Shown: positions 11,996-26,039, counted from the stretch's first letter. The stretch is 64,000 bases of DNA from Ostrea edulis (GCF_947568905.1 NC_079171.1:8680001-8744000), one strand, 5' to 3'. Numbers and translations: made by a program. The notes: generated from the letters alone by a model not told the origin.

Positions 11996-14461
11996 CGTGG
12001 ACAACATACTGACGGGAATGGACTGATGTGTGATGATAATTTGAATATTTCTTCATGTGGGACAGAACATGTTGACATTTTCCATTCTACATAATATTCT
12101 AAATCATTACAGTTTGTCATTCTTTCTGTTTTCATGTCCTAGGAATACTTTAATGTTGCATGTATTACATTTTCACGGATAACCGTGCTAGAATGGGATA
12201 AATGATCAAATCACAGAAACAAATTACATATTTATTTGGTATACAACTAAAATTTAAGTTTCTGGTCCCGGTTTATGGCGTTGAGCCTAAACTTCCTCAA
12301 AGGCGTCTGGCTTAAACTCAGATCCACTATGCTTATGACTGCTGTCATACGTAGACACAACAAATATATCGATCCTCCCCATTGTTTGGTTTTCATACTG
12401 TTGTACTTGGTACACATTGATTTGGTACACACTAAAAGATAGTACCTACGGCAATAAAGTCATATAAACGTACACATACACACAGGTGTTCAGGTTGAAA
12501 CCTTACTTTACATTATCCATGGATAAATCCCACCATACACCGCTATACATATCAGTTACTTCATATTATAACAAGATACACAAAACTCTAGCAATTCTAT
12601 GCATATGAGTTACTCAATACGTTTCTTACAGCGAAACAATTATGGCCAGTACTAACGCCGTAACTTTACAAACAGGACTATGTAGCGAACACGTTTATGA
12701 AAAAGAAAACCGATATTGAAACAATCACAAAACACATAACTAAATAAAGATAGTTGGAAGCTTTAGGACCTTTTTAACAAAAAAAAAATACTATATAAAG
12801 ATCATTACATAAAAGTCACCTCAAAACAAGCTGAAAACGGGCAACATTTACAGCAAAGTGTCTGCAGTAGTTAATTTGTAATTGCTGTCACAACATTCTG
12901 TTGAAAGTGTGATAAGATGAATGCGTCCATCTTGCATGACAGCTCGATTCCTACTGAGAGCACGGACTGGCGGTTTTATGCTCCAATAGATTGGGATTTA
13001 ATAAAGGGGTATTTACAATTTAAAAGAAGCCCCAAGCAGGATAAAACTACGTTTTGTTTGACAAGACAAAACTGAACTAAAATTGAACATATAAATAAAA
13101 TTGAAAGTGACATACATCATGTCAATGTTTGTGTGTAAACTATTGACAGTTTTATGTACAAAGTGAGAAAACTCAAGAGAAAATGTTATGGAACTGCCTC
13201 GTAGTCCCAGACAGGATAAAACATTAAATTCATATACTATACTATATGATAGTCTGTATGTTCGGATTTTGCAATGGTAATATTTTTCTGTTTGAAACAA
13301 GGTTTATATCTCAATCACTGTCTGATAGGCATGAAACGAAGAAGTCGTCAGTGCTATTTCACACATATATTCTTTATTTGTATTGTGTATTGTTGATGTA
13401 GTACTGTTTTTGTTGTGTGAAAGCTACGTAGGGATCTTAACATGGAACGGAAGTGAATAGATACGAAAGGGCAAATATACCAATTGATTATAATTGTAAA
13501 AATTACTGGTCGATTATTCGTTCATTTAAATAGCGTTCATTTATCAATGATGAAGCATGTAAAACTCTAGTAAACTCGCTAGTTACATCCAGATTAGATT
13601 ACGGAAATGCATTGATCTATGATGTTCATTCTCAACACACCAGCACATTTCAGAGGGCACAAAACACAGGTGCAATATTAATAACACGCTCAAAAATAAT
13701 TCGACCATATTACTCCTGTTCCAATAGATCTTCAGTGGCTCCCAGTTGAATACAGAATTCAATGTAAGATACTTCTTCATACTTTCAAATTTCTCAACAC
13801 CCTATCTCCAGTTTACATAAAGAATATCCTGTAGTTTACAATCCCACAAAATCACTAAGATCCGAATCTCTGCATCTTCCCGAGGTACCTCGGACACGTA
13901 CGAAAACATATGGGAATTGACGTTTAGACAAGGCTGCATCGAGTCTCTCGAACTCACTGTTTTTTAAACTCAGACAATGTCTTTCACTGTCTAGTTTTAA
14001 AGTGGACCCCAAAACGCATTTATTTTATATTAGCTTTTAATTTGTGATTATTTTTATATACTTAGTGCCCTCACATACAAAAAAAACCTTGTCGTTTGTT
14101 ATTACACCTATGTACTTTCTATGTATTTAATTATTACTATGGCTTGTTTTAAATTGTTTCATATGTTATTAGGGTGATCATATCATTACATTGGGTGCTA
14201 TATATTAATATAATAATTATGCATTTTAATTCTGACACTAAGGATATTTTATTCACATGAATGTGCAAATCGATTTTATATTATCTTTTCTTTCACATTT
14301 GTAAAGAGAACTAATGTTGATAGGGCGCTATATAAATCGTTTCATTACAATTACAATTAACATGCAACGGAAGTGAATAGATGCGAAAGAGCGAATATGC
14401 CAATTTATTATAAATGTAAATATTACCGGTCGATTCTAAGTCTTAAAAAATAAATATATTG

Positions 14462-15130
14462 TCTTAATGGCTATTTTAATGTATCTATGTCAACACGTGT
14501 GATGCTGGATCTTATTGGTTATTTTAGTGTATGTATATCAACACGTGTAATGTTGGTTCTTATTGGTTATTTTAGTGTATCTATATCAACACGTGTGGTG
14601 CTGGATCTTATTGGTTATTTTAGTTTATCTATATCAACACATGTGATGCTGGATCTTATTGGTTATTTTAGTGTATCTATATCAACACGTGATGCTGGAT
14701 CTTATTGGTTATTTTAGTGTATATATATCAACACGTGTAATGCTGGTTCTTATTGGTTATTTTAGTGTATCTATATCAACACGTGTGGTGCTGGATCTTA
14801 TTGATTATTTTAGTTTATCTATATCAACACATGTGATGCTGGATCTTATTGGTTATTTTAGTGTATATATATCAACACGTGTAATGCTGGTTCTTATTGG
14901 TTATTTTAGTGTATCTATATCAACACGTGTTGTGCTGGATCTTATTGGTTATTTTAGTTTATCTATATCAACACACGTGATGCTGGATCTTATTGTTTAT
15001 TTTAGTGTATCTATATCAACACGTGTAATGCTGGTTCTTATTGGTTATTTTAGTGTATATATATCAACACCTGTGATGCTGGATCTTATTGGTTATTTTA
15101 GTGTATCTATATCAACACGTGTGATGCTGG
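14462..15130 (+). repeat. 48-bp minisatellite, about 14 units, with a 3-unit higher-order pattern
   Basis: Unit tatcaacacgtgtgatgctggatcttattggttattttagtgtatcta; three variant units recur in the same order three times. Confidence 0.95.
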
Positions 15131-15182
15131 TTTCATTAATTTGGATAGTAACGACAAAATAATAATCAATAATAACAATGTT

Positions 15183-15330
15183 AGACCGGTCGACAGGGGA
15201 TGCTTACTTCTCCTAGGCACATGATCCCACCTCTGGTTTATCCAGGAGTTCGTGCTTGTCCTACTCTCCATTTTGTATTTCTTATAGGAATTATGAGATT
15301 GATCACAGTTCGTTATCTTCCCTTTTCCAT
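15183..15330 (+). mobile_element. PLE 3' fragment (paralogous copy at 31403-31552)
   Basis: accggtcgacagggatgcttact...cacctctgg...gagattgatcacagttcgttatcttc. Confidence 0.8.
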
Positions 15331-15901
15331 GTGTCACTTTGAGGAGGACATTTTTATTGGGATTAGTTTGTGACATGTGATCTGTTTCTCGGTAATAGAC
15401 TAGAAGATTTATTTATCTGGACAAACTTACCTGGACCTAAGGCGTCTGCATTTATGAAGGTTGAGTTGTATGTTTGACGAGTGGTCAAAACACAAAAAAG
15501 GTTGCCACAAGGCTAGGGCTGACTAGGAGGGACATACGCAAGGTCACACATTTTCCAAATCTCTGAAAAATAAAATGGATTCAAAACAGATATATTGAAC
15601 TTACTTTGATTTGGTAACAAGTCGTGGCCAAATTTAACGTTTGTGTCAAGATACATAATCAAATATTGAAATGAAATAGCCAAAATTCAGAAAGATTGCA
15701 ATTTTCAAGTTTAAACCAATGCCAGTAGGAAATATTAAACAATTGTCATAAAGAATATGGTAATCAGAAAACTACATTCCCTTGATATGAAATGACTGAC
15801 ATTTGAAATGAATTTATCAAAATATATTCATGAAAAGTGCATAACATTAGCAACAATTTGATTAATTTAGTCAATTCTATCAATTTTGATTGGATTTGAT
15901 A

Positions 15902-16490
15902 TTTTTAGCTCATCTGAGGTCAAGGGTTATGTGAGCTTTTCTGATCAAAACTTCTCGTCTGCTATCGTAAACTTTTTCACATTTTCATCTTCTTTCAAAC
16001 CACCTTGCCAATTTCAACCAAACTTCACACACAAAAAATCCTTGGGTCAAGAGGATTCATGTTTATAGAAATGAGGGGCAATATAGTGAAGATGCACTTA
16101 ACAAATTTTCTTCTCCAGAACTAGTGAGCCAATTTCAATCAAACTTGGTACAAATCATCCTTTTGTGAAAGGAGCTATATTATGTTCAAATGAATGGTCA
16201 TGACCCTTTCCAAATGGAGGTAACAAAACAAATGTGATGGGGTTCATTTAAAAATCTTCTCAAAAGGCACAGGGTCAGACAAGTTCAAATTTACAGAACG
16301 GTTTCCTGACATAGTGCAGATTCAAGTGTGTTAAAATCATAACCTCCTCTGGAGTTAGGGTGAGGCCATAACAAGGGGTCAAACTTTTGACATGCAGATG
16401 TGTAGGTAAAATCTTTTATAAATCTTCTCCAGAACATGGGAGCTCCAGGAGATAGTGTAGATTTAAGTTTGTTAAAATCATGACACCGGA
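15902..16490 (+). mobile_element. Helentron-associated (HINE/DINE-like) non-autonomous element, partial; paralog at about 32174-32630
   Basis: Starts tttttagctcatctgag...gtgagcttttctgatc, a 5' structure I recognise from bivalve HINE-like repeats; 3' end not resolved. Confidence 0.55.
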
Positions 16491-16643
16491 GCTAAATAAA
16501 CCATAAACCTCTTCTTTCCTCTGGTATGAGTGAAATCTACAAAATAATAGCAACATTTCTCAAATTTGGTCATTTCAATTTCCTGTTATATGTATTTGTC
16601 TGATAGATATTTTTGGTAACTTGACAAATTAAAGGAGGGGGAC

Positions 16644-17150
16644 TGTAGTAAATGACACTATATCGACCTACATAGCTCAGTGGTTAGAGGACCTGACTAG
16701 TAATGCAGGAGTCCCGGGCAGGTTTGATTCCAGATCCAGCCACACATATTCTATCCCCATTATATATTACAGTTGGTACCATGACCACACTGCAAAGCAT
16801 GTTGTCCTGCCATGGGCGAAAAGAATCTCGGTTGTGTGTCTCTGAGGATGAAGGCAATTTAGGGAGAGATGAATGTAGCGGCCAGCCGGGTTACATCACT
16901 GGTGGTCAGATAGCTTAGTTGATAGATCACCTGATTAGAGAGTCAGGGGGCCTGGGTTCGATTTTCGGTGTGATCCGTTGCATTCCATCCCTTTCTGTCA
17001 CATTTGGTGCCGTAGATCAGCCCCTGGAACTGACCGGTGAAAATGTCTGTCAAGGAATATAGATCCTGGGTTGATGTTCTCAAGAGAATTCTGGGGACCC
17101 GGGTTCGAATCCCAGTAAGTTCCGTTTTCATTTTCTCCATTCCTGTAACA
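16644..17150 (+). mobile_element. Tandem miniature LTR retroelement (terminal-repeat retrotransposon in miniature) with tRNA-like LTRs
   Basis: LTR1 16644-16771 (TG...CA, 128 bp), PBS-like tggtaccatgacc, PPT agggagagatgaa 16861-16873, LTR2 16874-17002 (129 bp), PBS-like tggtgccgtagatc, deleted junction, partial LTR3 ending tgtaaca 17150. Each LTR has A and/or B boxes. Confidence 0.75.
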
Positions 17151-18100
17151 TTTGTTTTACTTTTCCGATGGTGAAATCATGCTTTATACAAAATGCTTAT
17201 ACGAGGCATTGGATGATATATTAGTTTAATGAACCACTTAATTTTTTTTCTAAATCTTACATGTAGGTATACAGTGGTGAACTTAAGGTGTCCCCCTCCT
17301 TAATTTTTCAAATTTAAGGGTCTCTTGTTTATAAAAAATGTAAACGATAAAAGAAGCAATAATTTCTTCCACTCTCGGCGAAATAAATGACAAAATCTTT
17401 TGATTTATTGAATTACTTTTATTGGGAGAACGTACATTTTTTCCCCAAAACCCTTACAATTTGCGTATTTGTTTTTAACTTCACCTCATTTAAAATGACA
17501 GAAAATAGTTCAAATGACTAGATAAGAGATATATTTCAAGTGCTAAAAAATCTGTAAATTCCAAGAGCTCACGGGGGCTTCGCACCGTGGGTCTCCACCA
17601 ACGTGGCCAACAGACCTCCTGCCTCGTTGACTTGCGCCTCCATAAATGCAATTCCTGGATCCGCCCTTGGTATATACATTTTTAGGAAGTTCCGAAATTT
17701 TAAAAACTGCGTTTGCGTCTAAATTTAGTATTTCTAATCTTGGAATACCAATACATGAACTGTCATCAGTGTACCACTATATATTAAATTAGCCTGTATA
17801 TCGAATTTAAACCTTAGCCTTCTAAAATTAAATTAGGCCTACTTATGTCCCACATAGCTTTCCATCTTTCTGAATACTCTACCTACATGTACGTCACTTT
17901 TGTTCCGTTTCTGGAGACATTTTCTGCACGTCGATGTTGCGGACAGTTTAGACTCTAGATCTACAAGGACGGTGAAATGTGTGCCTTTTGTGCTTGTTGA
18001 CAAGGATAATATCGACAATCGATATTTCATCAACACAAATTCCATTTGTTTCGGAAAATTCAGAACACCGAGGTTACAACGGGTTCACCGAATTTGACAT

Positions 18101-18112
18101 GAAACCGAAAGT
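18101..18112 (+). promoter_or_regulatory. ISRE/IRF-E upstream of TRIM copy 2
   Basis: GAAACCGAAAGT is a perfect match to the IRF-E consensus G(A)AAA(G/C)(T/C)GAAA(G/C)(T/C); 20 nt before the ATG. Confidence 0.65.
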
Positions 18113-18131
18113 TGATTTGTAATTTATAAAG

Positions 18132-20005
18132 ATGGCAACATCACTAGACAGTTCTTGGATGGAGGGTGTTACATTGTGTTCTATATGTTTCGAAAAGTTC
18201 AAGTCGCCGAGGTTTTTACCGTGTACACATTCCTTCTGTCACGGTTGTTTATCTTCCTACATTGTTAATGTGTGTAAATCTACGGAGCCTCGTTTGGGAT
18301 TCAATTGTCCATTATGCCGTGAGTACATTCCCAGTCCTGGAGCCTTCGATAAGTCAAACGAGTGGGCGGGGCTATTTCCGTTGAATGAAGTTTTAGAGAC
18401 AATCGTTAAGAAACCTGATGGGAAATTATGTGATACCTGTTTACGAGAAAACGGAAGTGAAAATGCTATCGGGTTTTGCTTGTCTTGTACTGAATATTTA
18501 TGCAAGATGTGTACCAAATATCACAAAAGGAATTTGCGCTCAAACGATCATATCATATGTCAATTGAACAAGATGAAATCCGGCAACATATTTCCTGAAT
18601 CAGGAAATATCCATAGCTGCCCCGAACATAAAAGGGAAACTGTCAAATTCTTCTGCAACGATCACCAGCAGTCCTGTTGTTCAGTATGTATAGGAACAAA
18701 ACACAGAAAATGCGAAAGTGTTGATACTGTCGAAGATGCGGCAAAGCTAATAAAAGAAAATGGCCAACTGGATGTTCTTTTGGGTGATGTGAAGAACCTG
18801 GAAAAAAACTGACAGAAGCAAAGAGCGAACAAGAGAAGACTGTAGCAGAAATAGAGAACTCAGTGGACGAAATCATAGAGAAAACAAAAAGGGAATTCAA
18901 AGAACTTGTTGATCACTTAGAAATACTGAAAAACAAATATTTAGATGAAGTAGCATGTGTCCTGAAGAAAGGAAGGGGGAAGTTAGGTGATTGTACAAAT
19001 GTACTTACTGATGGTATACAGTGTACAAATTACTGCTGCCGGAATATTGAAAGAGCTAAAGAGACGGAAAATGATGCTGAAATGGTAATGATGTATTACA
19101 GAGTGAAAGAGAGGCTCTTGCAGCTGAAACAGTTTAAATTCACAAAGAAAAAGATAACGATATCAGAAGCGAAGTCACAAGTTTTGAAAAAAGTGAGGAA
19201 TATGAAGTATTTTGGAGATATTGAATATGCTGAGTCTGATGGTCACATCATGTACGATGTACATGACATTGCATTATCTTTAGTTTCTGAATTCAGTATT
19301 GGTGGAGGAAGTCCGAATGTGTGCACTGGGAATTTTCTGTCAAATGGTAACTTTATAGTCGCAAATTACAAATCTGATGGCAATTGTTTTATTTATAACA
19401 AAGACTGGCAATCCACAGAAGTCATTGATGGGCTGCGTTATCCTGTTGAAGCAATACAAGCTGGAGTTGAACTACTGGTGACCTGTTATGGAACGCAATC
19501 TATAGAAGTCTTTTCTGTGGATGATTTACGTAAACTGCGAAGTGTCAATATAAACGAAGCAGTGCATGGAATAACAAAGCACAATGGGGCGTGTTATGTA
19601 GCATGTGGAAGTAAAATTATAAAAATTGATATGTCTGGTAAAAAACTTAGAAAATATAAAGTTGAAGGCAGTAATAATATTTACATAAGTGCAACAAGAG
19701 ATGGACGTCTTGTGTACAGTAACTTGTCCCTTAATACAGTAACCGCCATCACGGACCAGGGAGACACCGTCTGGCAGTACAAACATCTGAAAATGAAACA
19801 ACCCCATGGACTTGATGTAGACTCTGTCGGTAATATCTTTGTTGCCGCTAGAGGAAGTGACAATATCCACGTGTTGTCTGGTGCTGGTACGCTCCTTAGG
19901 ATTATTGAGGATATTTTACTGCCAGTGTTTATTAAACTAATGGAGGAGAGGGGTATATGTTGTGTGTGCAGCAATTTCAAAATCGTGAGAGTGTATAAAC
20001 TGTAG
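18132..20005 (+). pseudogene. TRIM copy 2, 1-nt frameshift in an A7 run (18802-18808); pseudogene or assembly error
   Basis: ORFs 18132-18812 (RING-B1-B2) and 18863-20005 (CC-propeller). Span is 1874 nt; adding one A gives 1875 nt, the length of copies 1 and 3, and restores EKKLT. Confidence 0.85.
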
Positions 20006-21082
20006 ATTTCGTTAATTTTGTCTTCATAAAATACCCAGTTTCACCCTCATTCAAGGAGACATTGTTATTTCACAAGTATACTCACGAGTATTAGCTGTAG
20101 AGTTTTTTTTCTGTCTTAAAGCTGACATGAATTAATAAATATGAACACCTTTCTCATCCGCCATATTTCTCTCAGGTAGCCTAATTTACTCTACCCGTAT
20201 ATACCCTAAATGTGATTGTCACACCTGAGTGATTTTTCTAGGTGGACTCGACCAGTGCACATGTCCTATAGTAATATATAGGGAATGAGAAACAAATAAA
20301 ATCACATTTTAAAACATTATACTTTGCTCAAAACAACAAAACATTTATTGTATACCAATGCAACATTCTGAAAGTTTAGATAATTTGGAAAAAAATGCTA
20401 TAAAAAAAAAATACTTGCAAGTGCATGCAAGTATTTGCAATTTCTTATGAAATAAATGCGGATAAATCATTTGCCAATTACTTACTGATAGAATGGAATA
20501 AGCAAAGAGCAAAAAATCTATTATTTATATCAATTCTTGCAAAATACAGGTGCATGCCATATGCATAATATGTAATGCACATGGCATATTCGCCACCCCC
20601 CCCCCCCCTGATAAATCATGATAAACTCCATTTGTATCTCGTTAGAACTTTACAACACGTTGTCATTCCATTATACAGACTGCGACACACTTCACCCGTG
20701 CCAAACAGAGTGTCTTCAATCAGGGGAGATGTCAGAGTCGAAAATTTTTCCTGTATTGAATGCTTGTCTGGTCGAGGTTTTGTAGTTTATAGAAATTGGG
20801 ATCTAATCATATACACTGAGCATCTGGTTGGATATATTGCATGCATAATTCAAAATTTATCGATGATTATATACAAACTTGGATATACAAATAAGGGAAT
20901 AATGATCGAAATATACATCTGTGTGAAAATGCGGGTATTACATTTGCAATCCATAATAAACAGTTGATCACACGCAGACACATATAAAAGGAAATATATA
21001 AACTAAAATATAGTTTTATTGTCTCTTTGGGAACGATATAATTATTTACGGTCTCTGTATGTCCATATTCATTGATTGAACA

Positions 21083-21085
<3 letters not shown>

Positions 21086-21143
<58 letters not shown>
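21086..21143 (+). repeat. (GA)n microsatellite
   Basis: Pure GA run. Confidence 0.98.
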
Positions 21144-21144
<1 letters not shown>

Positions 21145-22768
21145 GGCGCGCGTCCTACTTCGATATTTCAAAGAAGGAAAGAAAATTGATCACTGATATA
21201 AATGTAAGCTTACAAGCATTAAAAATTTCCAGCTATTTAAAAATTTGTGATTGACAATATATTGGAAACTTACAGGAGTTGATGCTTATAATTGTATTCA
21301 TTACAAATTTTTAAAAAGATATTAGTTTGAACTGTGCATTTAGAAAATACTGACTTTGTATGTTAGAATAACGGGAAAAAGTAAATTGTCAAAAAAGTGG
21401 GGAGAGCAGACCAGCCTCCCTTTCCACCCCAAACCCCTATATGCATGCCTGAAACAATATATCAATTTGTGTTGAAAGAAAGGTGCATATCTGCATTTTA
21501 TTAAATTTCAAAGGAGATCGAATTTATGTGTGTCCCCTATTAATGATTTTGGATACAAGATTCGTTCCCGAATTTAGAATCATGCTTTCAGTCAGAGCAG
21601 AAATGAATTCATTTTGAAGTACATCGAGCTTGAATGCAAATGTGGGGTTCCTTCTTTTAATTTCATCAGACTCATTAACCCCCCTCCCCAACTATGCAGC
21701 TTTGTTTCTATTGATATCTAAATCGGTATATGAATCCGGATATAAATTATATAATGTTTTTTCGTGATCATATAGATATTGATACTAATAATGAAAAAGG
21801 AAAAGGTTTATACTCTTGCCTTTTGCATATCCTACTAATGCATGTATATTGACACTGTATCATATCGAATAAAACTTCAACACGAATTTTACTGATTTAT
21901 GAATACTAACATCTAATCAAATACATTTGAATTTGAAATTTCGACGTACAGAGGTATGTCTACTTTCAGTATATATCCATTGCGCCATATTTACGAAATG
22001 AAAATATTTATGAATAAATTACACTCGAGCCTGAAAGTAATCATTATGGCATGTTACAGAAACGTTAAAACACATATATAATCTAGTTCTGCAATGCATG
22101 CATGCGAGTTTTCTGAATACATGTATTTATGTATTCGTGAATGAAGTTACAACGCTTAAAAATATATTGGTATTTATGTATTTTGTTTTGTGATTTTGGT
22201 TTACCATTCCTTACACTGTGTAAATGAAGGAACACTTGGTAAAAGGTGCAATTATACACCATACAATTAGTATACATGCATGTGTTGCAAAGCATAATTC
22301 ACATGTAATAATCAGATATGTATCGTCATTTTTCATAGGGGGGGGGGGGGGGGTACAACAGGAAGAAATAACGGAGAATTGAATTCTTCAAAATGTCTTG
22401 CCTTTCAAAATAATAATTTAAAAAAGATTAACGGAAACAGCAATAAAATAAAACAAAAAACCCAAACAAACCAAGATGTTTTGTCCGATGTTCAAAGACC
22501 TAATGTGGGGGTGAAGGGTTAAAGAGTCTTTTACTTTGCCTGCCTCAATAATTTCCCCTTACACTTCATTTTCCTCAATCGTTGGGGTGGGATGGGGTGG
22601 TTAGAGTCCTCTAGCTACTATGAGTGCCTCATAATATCCTAATTTTCTTAATTGGTGGTGGTGTGTGTCTTCTGCTACATGTATTATATCAGAACTTTCA
22701 AGCTGGGGTCAAGTGGGGAAGGGGGTTGTCACCCAAGATATCTTCTTAAGTTCATTTATTTTCACACA

Positions 22769-22771
<3 letters not shown>

Positions 22772-22833
<62 letters not shown>
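22772..22833 (+). repeat. (CT)n microsatellite
   Basis: Pure CT run. Confidence 0.98.
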
Positions 22834-22836
<3 letters not shown>

Positions 22837-25800
22837 CCATACACTCGTATAGTGTTGTATATGCAAATTATATATGTATGAACAATTTATGTACCTATAA
22901 ATGATTTCCTGATTTATAAATCTGCAATTCTCTGACCAGTAAATAACACGGTATAAGGATTCATGCACAATACAGGGTAAATATTATACTCTGATACTCC
23001 CCCTGATTGAAGATAGCTGATCGGTGTGGGCGAAGTGTGTTACAGTCTGTACAATGGTATTTACTGTTGGGATTCAAATGGAGCTTATCGTTTTGTTTCA
23101 TGGATTATGCAAATGAAAGGAGTTTTACTACTACTTAGAGTATTTTCGACAAGTGTACACGTACATCTGTGATCCTTTACAGATATTAGGAGTAGACCCG
23201 GGTAAATAGTCGTCCGCATTCGATGCGTTTTCATGGCGAGCACCTATGTCATGTGCATAACTACAGTAGTATTTATATATTTGCATTTTGCTTGAAGTAA
23301 GTGTCAATGGTATAGATTTTCTACTCTTTGCTTATTCCATTTTATCAATAGATAATAGATGAAATATTTCTCCGCGTTTTTTGTATAGTTTTGACATATT
23401 TACTGCAAATGTACGTACATTCACGTAAAGAAAAGGCATTCTATATTTATGTATCCAAAGCTTTTAAAATGATTTACTACTGTCCGGTATGCTTATTGTA
23501 ATTTTGAGCACTGTGTGGTGTTCCAAAACGTGATTTCATTTCTTCTTGATGTCCTATCAATTAATATTGGAGATGTACATGTTACCTGTCGAAGCTACCC
23601 GCACAAGTAAATCGAAGACACTGATGTGAAGTGAAGCGTAGCAAAACTCGTCAACTTATATACCATGCGAACCCTGATACATATAACAATAGAATATCCA
23701 ACTAATATGGCGGATTTTCAAAGAAATATGGCGGACATATAGAATTATACTATATTTATTAATTCATGTCAGCTTTAAATTACAGGCACATATTATCGAC
23801 TCGTTTTCTAAATAAAGATAGGGTGCAGTCGGAGGTTAGCCTACAAATTTCAACAAGCAATATACAAAATTCCCACTTTTAAAATAGTAAATCGTGGGGG
23901 AAGTGACGATTGAATGTTTAGACTTAAGGACATACGGGACGATGTGGCCAAAATAACTAGTCAATGAATATTTTTTTCTTTTTTTCATGAAGCACCATCA
24001 GGATGTCCTGTACAATGTGTGTAAATTTCATGGCCACTTTCTAGGTATGCAAGGGAGGTAATAAGCTTTGAATTACCCCCTTTTCGAAAATTGTGAATTT
24101 TACAAGATCATTCCATCAAAAAAATAATTTGATGGAATTTTTATCTATATCTTTACAATAATCTTTAGAATATATGCAAAATATAAAGTATATAATAAAA
24201 ACATGCTTAAACATAACCATATAATAAGAAATTGGGAAAATTTAAGGAATTTGGGTGGAAATTAGTACTTAAAAACAGGGTAGTCCAGATACTAAATGAA
24301 GCACTGCTCAAAAACCTCTCAATGAATTGTTTTGCAAACACTGCAATTAAAAGCTATTCATATACCTAACTTCCTGTAGAAATATGACAGGGTGAAGCTA
24401 ATCTTGATTTTGAGGTAGGCGTCCTTGAAGTTATACATTCATATGTTCACTTGGGGTTAGGCTTGGCAAAATATCTGTTATTAATAACTTTCAAATTTAT
24501 ATTCTTTTCATCTATGGGCTATACTATCAAAATTACTGTGGCGCATACTATATATATACAAGTAATATATGTAATGTATATGAAAAGGAGACTTGTAAAT
24601 TCCATGAAATAAAATGAAAATTACCATTTGACAAAAATTCAACAGATTTACACAGGACACTTGACAGTGGTAGCAAATTACGACAAAATATGATGACATT
24701 TTCCCCGCGATACAACGTCGTGACGGACTTTTTTTTTTTATTATGACGTAATATAGTGTGTATGTACAGCATTGTGAACTTTAACTACGCTGCGTCCGGT
24801 TCTAAATTTAAAATAAATTCGCAACCATCACGTGATCATCGTCCCGCATATCCTTAATCAACTAAAATCGCCTACCTTGTTTTGCCCAAACTCTGATTTT
24901 TTAAAACGAGGATGGAGTGTTCTTCGGTTCAATTCATAACGTTAACACTTTCATTCTTCTCAAGCACAACTGCTATCCAACATAATGGGGGAGGCGACAG
25001 TAGTCACCCATGATATCTGTATTTGCCATTGAAGGGTGTCGTATATTCTGGATTTTCAAAATCATTAACATTTATTTTTAACACCGTGAACAATAGTTTT
25101 GTTATTGAAGTTAACATAAAGATTCCCTCCCTTGTTAACGCTCTAAGCTATGAATACAGTCCTAGAAATATACATATGTATGTATTGGGCATCTCCCATG
25201 GTTCATGGTTTGATATGATTTATATTCAACGTGTTGTGTTTTTTTTTCTATCCGTTTGCCACAAACCATAAGATTTTCTTCTTATCACATGTTAACTCCC
25301 TTTATTTACGTTATTGTATTGTTGGGAACTTTACTTCCTGACATTTTGTAAACACTGGATAAGGCAGTAAACATGTGATAAATGTTAATAGGCCTATTTA
25401 GTCATGTACAACAAGGAAACTCCACTTTTGTGAAATTTCCCACTCTCACTTTAAAATGAAGAATTTAATGATTTCTTTCTGGGTTGGATATTTAACTTGT
25501 CTATCTGTGTATATTATGTTCAGATCTGGTTGTTCTTTAGTGGGTCAGAGTTACATAATTTGATAAACTTAAAGCATTAGGGCACGGATCCAGTAAGACT
25601 TATTTTCAGAGGACGGACTCCTTCAAACTTTTATCTAAATCAATTGATTATGGTAGTAATTTGCACCATGTCTTGTTTTAGAATGTGCAGAAGTAGCACC
25701 TGCCAAAAATCAATACTACCAGGAAAGTGGAGAACATGCTCATTAAAATCGAAAATAAAATATTTGAATTTTCTTCATTATGTGAATAAATGCAATTCTA

Positions 25801-26039
25801 CTAAAAAATCAAATATAAACAATGATGTCGTTGAATGACTCAAACATACATTTTACTGAACAAAGCCTAAGTGCCAACCCATTGAACCTACTAAAGCAGG
25901 TTTCTGTAGTTAGATTTGCAAAAAATCCCTCGGAGTTCATGGGCTTTATTTTCGAACTGATAAAACCAAGACTTTGAACATTGGGGGTTACTGCTTCTTC
26001 CCTACGAATATAGCATGATACGTTAAGTGTCACACACAA

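Larger units (their letters stand above)
11998..20030 (+). repeat. Segmental duplication unit (spacer plus TRIM copy 2), paralogous to 30641-35830
   Basis: Collinear blocks 11998-12165~30641-30810, 13095-13520~30870-31275, 15095-16395~31310-32630, 16810-20030~32635-35830. Confidence 0.85.

Noticed and set aside
13441-14430. Repeated cggaagtgaat as an ETS-IRF composite site (13441, 14361, 31201)
   Set aside because: One mismatch to GGAANNGAAA, several kb from any ATG, and recurrence is explained by duplication.
14487-15162. Hydrophobic repetitive ORFs (76 and 167 aa)
   Set aside because: Translation of the 48-bp minisatellite, which is a multiple of 3 and lacks stops in one frame.
17763-17769. 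Other CTGATGA cores (17763, 21663, 43215, 51443) as hammerheads
   Set aside because: No helix II plus GAAA geometry downstream.
21072-22968. ORFs with ER or SL repeats (also 37584-37844)
   Set aside because: Translations of (GA)n/(CT)n microsatellites.
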